A stretch of DNA of 32,000 nt from Fidelibacterota bacterium (GTDB lineage: Bacteria > Fidelibacterota > Marinisomatia > SCGC-AAA003-L08 > D37C17), in contig JACNLQ010000032.1 of NCBI GenBank assembly GCA_014381415.1, positions 13,054-45,053 on the forward strand, written 5' to 3'. Under the pieces are notes generated by a model that saw only the letters and a list, made by a program, of their open reading frames with translations, was not told the origin of the DNA and ran no database searches. Numbering within the stretch: the stretch's first letter is position 1; every line of letters begins with the position of its first letter. A program made the position numbers and the translations under genes. This document shows, piece by piece, positions 26,424 through 32,000 of this stretch.

Positions 26424-26923
26424 AATTGAACTTTGTCCAATATTTTTTAAAACGGTATCATTCCGCTGAATTGAAACCATTGGAACTAAAAAGAATGCTT
26501 AATCTCTGGTTTCCTTTTCTGGTGAACCGTATTTCAATAATTTCAATAGCTGATGATTTTCACCAAATGGAAGTTCGGCTGAAACATTCATTTTGGAATC
26601 GTAATCCCAATAAATCTATCTGGGGCGGGTCAATTGCTAGTGCTATGGATCCCTTCTTTCCAATACTTCTGAAACAGGTTTTATTAAAAAGGGGATTTGA
26701 AACAGATTTTTATTCTCAGGCTATAAAGGTACAATTTATTAAAATGGTAAAATCTGATGTCACCTTTCATTTTAGAATTAGTGAAGAAGAGATTGCTCAT
26801 GCTGAAATGGTATTAAATGAAAATGGAAAATATTCAGGCTGGCATTCTGTAGAGGGGGTTTCTAAAAAAGACGAAGTATGTGTAAAAGGAAAGGTTCAGG
26901 TATTTCTACGAAAAAGAGCTTAG
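26420..26923 (+). CDS. Hotdog-fold protein (DUF4442 / YiiD C-terminal-like putative thioesterase)
   Basis: 167 aa with a 4-nt overlap with dadA. The pattern (NRNPNKSIWGGSIASAMDP...) resembles DUF4442 family members. The assignment is from memory only. Confidence 0.45.
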   Translation: MKLNFVQYFLKRYHSAELKPLELKRMLNLWFPFLVNRISIISIADDFHQMEVRLKHSFWNRNPNKSIWGGSIASAMDPFFPILLKQVLLKRGFETDFYSQAIKVQFIKMVKSDVTFHFRISEEEIAHAEMVLNENGKYSGWHSVEGVSKKDEVCVKGKVQVFLRKRA

Positions 26924-26968
26924 GAGAATGTTTTTATTTTGGTGGGATTCAGCCCTAATTTTTCGCCT

Positions 26969-28036
26969 ATGAATGACTATTTAGAAATACTTCTTACACT
27001 CACACAAAATACTGTTTTTCAAGCTGGACTCTATGTTATTGGCTCTTTAATTGCTGCCAAGTTAGTTGACTGGATAATTACCAGCGGTCTCTCCCGTATG
27101 GCCAACCGCACGGCAAGCACTATTGACGACCGAATCATTCAAATTCTCCACCGCCCTATCTATTACAGTATCCTTTTTATGGGATTGGGTATTTCAATTC
27201 AGCTATTTCAACTCCCAGAAATTATTACATTTGTTCTGATTGGATTGTTTAAATCCACCGCTATTTTTATTTGGTCAATTGCGCTTTTTCAATCCTTCAT
27301 GCATTTTATTAATTGGTATAGTCGCCATAAAACCTTTGGCGAAAGCATCGTTCAACCCCATACTCTACCTCTTTTTGACAATGTAGGAAAGGTTGTTATC
27401 TTTCTGGTGGCAGTTTATTTTATGCTCATTAGCTGGAATATTAATGTTACCGGATTATTAGCCTCCACAACAGTCCTCGCAGCAATCCTGGGTTTCGCAG
27501 CTAAAGATACGGTGGCAAATTTGTTTGCAGGATTTTTTATTATGGCAGATACCCCCTATAAACCTGGTGATTATATAAATCTTGATGGTGGTGAACGGGG
27601 TTATGTGAAACATATTGGTCTGCGGAGTACGCGCATCATGACCCGGGATGATATCGAAATTACCCTGCCCAATTCACTCATTGCCAATTCTAAAATTATT
27701 AATGAAAGTGGTGGGCCTAAAGAAAATGAACGAGTTCGAATCACTATTAGTGTGGCTTATGGTTCAGATGTTGATCAGGTTAGATCTGTATTGGAGAAAA
27801 TTGCAATAAATAGTGATAATGTATGCCAAAGTCCAATTCCCAGAGTGCGATTTAGAACCTTCGGAGATTCAGGGCTCACTTTTCAATTGCTTTTCTGGAT
27901 AGAAAAACCAGAGGATCGCGGTAGAATTACAGATGAATTAAATACTGCTATTTATAAAGAATTCGCTATAGAAGAAATTGTAATCCCATATCCTCAACGT
28001 ACGATTCATATTAAATCGTCAGACCTTCCAAACTAA
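26969..28036 (+). CDS. Mechanosensitive ion channel, MscS family
   Basis: N-terminal TM helices are followed by the MscS core: AILGFAAKDTVANLFAGFFIMADTPYKPGDYINLDGGERGYVKHIGLRSTRIMTRDDIEITLPNS. I prefer the ATG at 26969 over the TTG at 26939 used by the ORF track. Confidence 0.85.
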   Translation: MNDYLEILLTLTQNTVFQAGLYVIGSLIAAKLVDWIITSGLSRMANRTASTIDDRIIQILHRPIYYSILFMGLGISIQLFQLPEIITFVLIGLFKSTAIFIWSIALFQSFMHFINWYSRHKTFGESIVQPHTLPLFDNVGKVVIFLVAVYFMLISWNINVTGLLASTTVLAAILGFAAKDTVANLFAGFFIMADTPYKPGDYINLDGGERGYVKHIGLRSTRIMTRDDIEITLPNSLIANSKIINESGGPKENERVRITISVAYGSDVDQVRSVLEKIAINSDNVCQSPIPRVRFRTFGDSGLTFQLLFWIEKPEDRGRITDELNTAIYKEFAIEEIVIPYPQRTIHIKSSDLPN

Positions 28037-28059
28037 TACTTTAATTTTCCACCGTAAAT

Positions 28060-29202
28060 ATGACATCTAATTTAAAAAACCAGTTCATTCTGGACCCAAA
28101 CCTTATATTCCTCAATCATGGATCATTTGGTGCATGTCCAAAATCTGTTATGGAAAACCTCCGTTCATGGCAAAATAGAATGGAAAAGGAACCGGTTCAA
28201 TTTTTTGAATCGGACATTTTTAAACTTTTAGAAAGCTCTCGAAAAGCTTTGGGAAATTTTGTTGGCTGTGAGGGTGATGATTTGGTGTTTTATCCCAATC
28301 CCACTCATGCGGTGAATGCAGTAGCTCGCAGCCTTAATTTGAAAATTGGTGATGAGGTGCTGGGCACCAATCATATTTACGGAGCTTTAGATTATACCTG
28401 GAAACAAGTCTGTAAAAATATGGGAGCCAAATTTATAAAGGCAGAATTACCCCTGCTAATAAAATCTAAAGCCGAATTTCTGGATTTATTTTTCAGCTAT
28501 GTCTCAGATAAAACCAGGGTCATTTTTATAAGCCATATTACCAGCATGACAGCTATGATTTTCCCTGTGGAAGATATTATTCAGTCTGCCAAAGAAAAAG
28601 ATATCCTCACCATTATTGATGGCGCTCATGTGCCCGGTCATTTGCCCTTGAATATTACTGAATTGGATCCTGATATTTATACTGGTGCATGTCATAAATG
28701 GATGTGTGCTCCCAAGGGAACGTCATTTTTATATGTAAGAAAAAATATGCAGAATGATATAATGCCCCCGGTGATTAGCTGGGGATGGGAGGGGGAACTA
28801 TCCAAAACATCGTTGTTTCTGAATAGACATGAATGGCAGGGTACCCGGGATATGACCCCCTTTTTAGTGGTTCCTGAAGCCATAAAATTCCTAAACGAAA
28901 ATAATTGGCAGGAAAGGAGCAAATTAAATAGAAAGTTGGTTATTTCTGCTCGGAATCAGTTTCTGGAATTTTTCAATGTAGAGCCAATTTGTCCTGATGA
29001 CTGGTTGGGACAAATGGCAACCATTGAGCTTCCTATTGAAAATCCTCTGGAATTTAAACAATCCTTACTGGAAAAATACAATATCCAAATTCCTATTATT
29101 TCGTGGGAGAATTTTACTGGACTTCGCTACTCAGTACATTTCTATAATTCCGAGGATGACCTGAACAAGTTGATTGCAGCTGTGAAAGAATTATTGCATT
29201 GA
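28060..29202 (+). CDS. Class V PLP-dependent enzyme (isopenicillin-N-epimerase-like / cysteine-desulfurase-like aminotransferase family)
   Basis: 380 aa with IFLNHGSFGA at the N-terminus, ISHITS, DGAH, and the PLP lysine context ACHKWMCAPKGTSFLYV. Confidence 0.75.
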   Translation: MTSNLKNQFILDPNLIFLNHGSFGACPKSVMENLRSWQNRMEKEPVQFFESDIFKLLESSRKALGNFVGCEGDDLVFYPNPTHAVNAVARSLNLKIGDEVLGTNHIYGALDYTWKQVCKNMGAKFIKAELPLLIKSKAEFLDLFFSYVSDKTRVIFISHITSMTAMIFPVEDIIQSAKEKDILTIIDGAHVPGHLPLNITELDPDIYTGACHKWMCAPKGTSFLYVRKNMQNDIMPPVISWGWEGELSKTSLFLNRHEWQGTRDMTPFLVVPEAIKFLNENNWQERSKLNRKLVISARNQFLEFFNVEPICPDDWLGQMATIELPIENPLEFKQSLLEKYNIQIPIISWENFTGLRYSVHFYNSEDDLNKLIAAVKELLH

Positions 29203-30050
29203 ATTTTAGGGTTTTACTCTTATTATTTACTGCAATGCTGGCAGTAAGTACATCCCCCATTATTGCCCGTTATTTGGAAAATGTTCCAGCTGTGGCAATC
29301 TCATTTTGGAGGATGGCTTTCGGTGCGCTCATTTTATGGATAATTAGTATATTTAAAAAACAACCTCCACTAAAGAAAAGAAAAAGGAATAAAACATTGT
29401 TGGGAGGATTTTTACTTGGTATCCACTTTGCATTATTTTTTGGATCACTAAAACTCACAACTATTGCCAATGCAACTTTTTTGGGCACTTTGGCTCCCAT
29501 TTTCACATTTTTTATTGAAAAGTATTTTTTCAAGCGCAAGCATAATCCTACAATGGTCTTGGGATTATCAGTGGCTATTTTGGGAGTTTTCGTAATTGTA
29601 GCAAACCAATTTGATTTTTCCAGTGATTATACCATTGGGAATCTTTTGGCAATATCTTGCTCTCTCTTCTTGGGGATGGCATTTATTATTTCAGAAAACG
29701 TACGTAAATCGGTGGGCACCATCAGTTATTCCCGAAGCTTGTTTACTACTGCCGCCATTACTTTATTGGGTATATCCCTTTTAACTGCCACACCCATTAT
29801 AGGATTTACTTCTTATGAATTTGGTGGATTATTTTTATTGGGGCTTATTCCAACAATATTTGGACATGGATTTATGAATTACGCTATAGGATTTGTTTCG
29901 CCCACCATTGTTGCGTCTGCTCCTCTGGGGGAACCTATATTGGCCACAATTTTGGCCTATTTTCTATTCAGTGAAGTTATTGGGATTCCAATTTTGATTG
30001 GCGGCGGGTTTACTCTTTTGGGATTATTAATTCTAACGCAAAAAAAATAA
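29199..30050 (+). CDS. EamA/DMT superfamily transporter
   Basis: 283 aa with about 10 TM segments in two EamA-like halves. The implied TTG start overlaps the upstream stop; the first in-frame ATG (29235) would truncate TM1. The start is uncertain. Confidence 0.75.
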   Translation: MNFRVLLLLFTAMLAVSTSPIIARYLENVPAVAISFWRMAFGALILWIISIFKKQPPLKKRKRNKTLLGGFLLGIHFALFFGSLKLTTIANATFLGTLAPIFTFFIEKYFFKRKHNPTMVLGLSVAILGVFVIVANQFDFSSDYTIGNLLAISCSLFLGMAFIISENVRKSVGTISYSRSLFTTAAITLLGISLLTATPIIGFTSYEFGGLFLLGLIPTIFGHGFMNYAIGFVSPTIVASAPLGEPILATILAYFLFSEVIGIPILIGGGFTLLGLLILTQKK

Positions 30051-30196
30051 AACATTAATTTTTATTTAGAAAGTGATTTACATCAAAAAATAGGTTATTC
30101 GGAATGCAATAGATTTGAATTGTAAGTCAAAGAACAATTCTGTTCACCTGCGACTTACTCCTCAGAATTCCTGCAATTGGCTTTGATAAACAGAAA

Positions 30197-30226
30197 GGCT
30201 CCCCTGAAAAGGGGAGTCTTTTTTTT
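30197..30226 (+). terminator. Rho-independent terminator (plus strand)
   Basis: The stem is GGCTCCCC / GGGGAGTC (8 bp including one G-U pair), with loop TGAAAA, followed by T8 (30219-30226). Confidence 0.75.
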
Positions 30227-30232
30227 ATATAT

Positions 30233-30261
30233 AAAAAAACCCCGTTCAAAACGGGGTTTTT
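30233..30261. terminator. Bidirectional rho-independent terminator
   Basis: A7 (30233-39), stem CCCCG(TT)/(AA)CGGGG, then T5 (30257-61). Read on the minus strand, the hairpin is followed by T7. Confidence 0.7.
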
Positions 30262-30281
30262 GTCTCCTCCTCGGTAAAGAA

Positions 30282-30340
30282 GTAATATGGTAAAACTTTC
30301 CCTCCCTCAAAAGAAAGCATAATCAATCATACCATATTAC
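30282..30340 (+). repeat. Perfect 11-bp inverted repeat enclosing a nested hairpin with a CU-rich loop
   Basis: GTAATATGGTA (30282-30292) pairs with TACCATATTAC (30330-30340). The inner stem is CTTTC (30296-300) with GAAAG (30313-317), with loop CCTCCCTCAAAA. A further CTCCTCCTC lies at 30264-30272. Confidence 0.5.
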
Positions 30341-30485
30341 ATAAAAAATATTTCAAATATCTAAAACTTACATAAACTTTATATTGTAAGTGTTTTGCCT
30401 ACAAGAAATGTAGGGGGTTTCAAATTATGATGCAAGTAAATTATATACCTGGTTAAAATCTTTTTCTAATAGAAAGGAGTATTGA

Positions 30486-31226
30486 GTGAATCCACATTTA
30501 AGTATGAGGTCGGGAAATCCGGCATTATCATCCAAAATATTTAAAAATGTTGCTACTGTTGATTCTGAAAAAATGACTATAGAAGGCACCGTAAATAAGA
30601 CAGCAATGTCCCTACTGCTGCTCATGGCAACCGCTTCCTATACCTGGGTAAATCCATCACCAGCACTGATGATGTTTGGAATGATTGGTGGTTTGATTAT
30701 GGCTATAATTACCATCTTTAAAAAAACTTGGGCACCCTATACGGTTTCAGGCTATGCTTTACTAAAGGGTTTGGCGTTAGGTGGAATTTCTCGGTTTTTT
30801 GAGATGCAGTATCCCGGAATTGTCAGTCAGGCAGTATTTCTCACTTTTGGAATTTTAGCTGCTCTCCTTTTAGCTTATAAATCGGGGCTTATAAAACCCA
30901 CTGAAAATTTTAAATTGGGCGTGGTGGCTGCAACAGGAGGTATTGCCATAATGTACCTCATTAGCTTTGTCATGAGCTTTTTTGGGTCCGGAATGGCAAT
31001 AATGAATCCGGGCAATTCATCGTTATTCAGAATTGGTTTCAGCATTTTTGTGGTAATTATTGCGTCACTCAATTTGGTGCTGGATTTTGATTTTATTGAG
31101 GAGGGTGCTGAAATGGGTGCTCCCAAATATATGGAATGGTATGGAGCTTTCGGGTTACTGGTTACGTTAATCTGGCTCTATCTGGAAATATTACGCCTTC
31201 TCGCAAAATTGCAGTCTCGGCGGTAA
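30486..31226 (+). CDS. Bax inhibitor-1/YccA-like membrane protein (BI-1-like family with the N-terminal S-G-N-P-x-L motif)
   Basis: 246 aa with about 6-7 TM segments. RSGNPALSS near the N-terminus is typical of this family. The GTG start at 30486 is preceded by AAGGAG with a 6-nt spacer; an in-frame ATG at 30504 is the alternative. Confidence 0.7.
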   Translation: MNPHLSMRSGNPALSSKIFKNVATVDSEKMTIEGTVNKTAMSLLLLMATASYTWVNPSPALMMFGMIGGLIMAIITIFKKTWAPYTVSGYALLKGLALGGISRFFEMQYPGIVSQAVFLTFGILAALLLAYKSGLIKPTENFKLGVVAATGGIAIMYLISFVMSFFGSGMAIMNPGNSSLFRIGFSIFVVIIASLNLVLDFDFIEEGAEMGAPKYMEWYGAFGLLVTLIWLYLEILRLLAKLQSRR

Positions 31227-31681
31227 TGACAGAAATCGTTGTAAGGGTTGTGGATTGCCACATCTTTCGCTGGGAAAATGGGAAACCGCTGTACCTTTTA
31301 TTAAAACGATCTGAAAGTCAAATGTACCCTGGCATTTGGCAGTGCGTCACCGGTAAAATTGAAGCAGATGAAAGACCTCATGAAGCTGCCATTCGGGAAT
31401 TAAAAGAGGAAACGGGTTTTATGCCAAACTCAATGTGGACGGTTGATCAAGTAAATCATTTTTTTGAAGCAGAACAAAACCGCATGAACCTTATACCAGT
31501 TTTTGGAGTGGAGGTAGATTCCTCAAATATTACCCTGTCACCCGAACATACGGAGTATAAATGGTGCAGCGTTGATGAGGGGGCTGATTTAATGCTCTGG
31601 AATCAACAGAAACAAGGGTTACTTAATTTTCATCGAATGATTACCAATGAACCTGAAAAATTATATTTATCTAGAATTTAA
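31226..31681 (+). CDS. Nudix hydrolase (NudB / dihydroneopterin-triphosphate-pyrophosphatase-like)
   Basis: It has a perfect Nudix box, GKIEADERPHEAAIRELKEETGF. I prefer the ATG at 31226 (TAATG overlap with the upstream stop) over the ORF-track start at 31136, which would run through the end of the preceding gene. Confidence 0.85.
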   Translation: MTEIVVRVVDCHIFRWENGKPLYLLLKRSESQMYPGIWQCVTGKIEADERPHEAAIRELKEETGFMPNSMWTVDQVNHFFEAEQNRMNLIPVFGVEVDSSNITLSPEHTEYKWCSVDEGADLMLWNQQKQGLLNFHRMITNEPEKLYLSRI

Positions 31682-32000
31682 AATGTAATGATAATTTTGT
31701 ATATGTCATTCCATATTGAATATTTAATTCTGATTTTGTTTTTTCTGTATAAGAGTAACCATTATATTCATCCTCCTCAGTATAGTCCCATAAAATCCAG
31801 TTTAACCCTACTTCCCCAGCTATTGCTAATTGTTCAGTAATACTATATTCTACAGAATGGTTTACTTTTAAGCCATAAAGGGATAGTGCATCTACAATTT
31901 CTTCGTGAACATCTCCTGTGAGTTTTAAATCACCACTTGATTTTAACATTGGAATAATTAGATATCCTTCAATTTGATTATAGCTTTTTATAAATCCAGT
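31671..32000 (-). CDS. C-terminal part of a probable outer-membrane beta-barrel protein (N-terminus outside the window)
   Basis: The reading frame stays open from 31949 to the window edge (TGFIKSYNQIEGYLIIPM...). It shows an alternating hydrophobic/aromatic pattern and a terminal ...KLSLHFKF with C-terminal Phe, typical of the OMP beta-signal. It overlaps the Nudix gene convergently by 11 nt. Confidence 0.4.
   Translation of the reverse strand, partial: TGFIKSYNQIEGYLIIPMLKSSGDLKLTGDVHEEIVDALSLYGLKVNHSVEYSITEQLAIAGEVGLNWILWDYTEEDEYNGYSYTEKTKSELNIQYGMTYTKLSLHFKF

Noticed and set aside
12898-29202. A 'penicillin' theme: a penicillin-acylase-family gene and an isopenicillin-N-epimerase-like PLP gene in the same window, suggesting a beta-lactam pathway.
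   Set aside because: The two genes are about 13 kb apart in different transcription units. Both names refer to broad superfamilies, and no ACV synthetase, IPNS, expandase or beta-lactamase is present. The link is a coincidence of nomenclature.
30283-30318. Tiny ORFs in the 30051-30485 gap: MVKLSLPQKKA at about 30286-30321, and a TTG-initiated minus-strand ORF of about 56 codons spanning both terminators.
   Set aside because: They have no convincing ribosome-binding site, or they run straight through terminator hairpins, and their composition is dictated by the hairpin and U-tract sequences. The 9-codon uORF at 30427-30456 is kept only as a remark within the structured-leader finding.
1-32000. 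I searched by eye for CRISPR arrays, integrase or transposase genes, phage modules, toxin-antitoxin pairs, restriction-modification or other defence hallmarks, tRNA genes and long direct repeats.
   Set aside because: None was found. The only non-coding gaps over 100 bp are 6000-6372 (SRP RNA), 10132-10311 and 24248-24365 (divergent AT-rich promoter regions), 21950-22111, 22445-22609 and 30051-30485. None shows spacer-repeat periodicity or a tRNA T-loop or cloverleaf signature.

Overview
AT-rich bacterial chromosomal window (about 35-40% GC by eye, not computed), densely coding. I support 31 protein genes and one RNA gene that the ORF track cannot show. All calls come from reading motifs and recalling families; no BLAST, HMM or covariance search was run.

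Layout:
- 1-10065, minus strand: one long co-directional housekeeping run, dnaG, two lipoproteins, SRP RNA (ffs), dnaX, ybaB, recR, pgsA, pgpA, cinA, thpR, recA. Many junctions are overlapping or nearly abutting.
- 10312-16643: envelope proteins. These are a BNR/sortilin-like double-propeller protein ending in a dockerin, a penicillin-acylase-family Ntn hydrolase, a small membrane protein, and an orphan lipoprotein with a C-terminal anchor.
- 16690-31681: metabolism and transport. These are an FAD-linked oxidase, glutaryl-CoA dehydrogenase, a DASS permease, a tandem Usp, a DUF2007 protein, a GMC oxidoreductase, an esterase, DadA, a hotdog protein, MscS, a class V PLP enzyme, EamA, a BI-1-like protein and a Nudix hydrolase.
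- 31671-32000: a partial outer-membrane-type beta-barrel ORF.

Lipoboxes of the L-x-F-S-C type, the beta-barrel ORF ending in F, and the gene content suggest an uncultivated marine diderm, possibly from the FCB superphylum or Marinimicrobia (low confidence).

I found no integrase, transposase, CRISPR array, phage gene, toxin-antitoxin pair or recognisable defence hallmark. I cannot honestly name a convincing new system here. The items most worth a second look:
- a long Alu-domain-type SRP RNA abutting dnaX;
- dnaG translationally coupled to two secreted lipoproteins instead of rpoD;
- a degenerate 15-residue acidic/aromatic tandem repeat in one of those lipoproteins;
- a GC-rich ~150 bp island in a convergent intergenic region;
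- a 435 bp structured intergenic region with back-to-back terminators and CU-rich hairpin loops;
- a tripartite sorting-signal-like C-terminus;
- a tight esterase-dadA-hotdog-mscS-PLP-eamA cluster.
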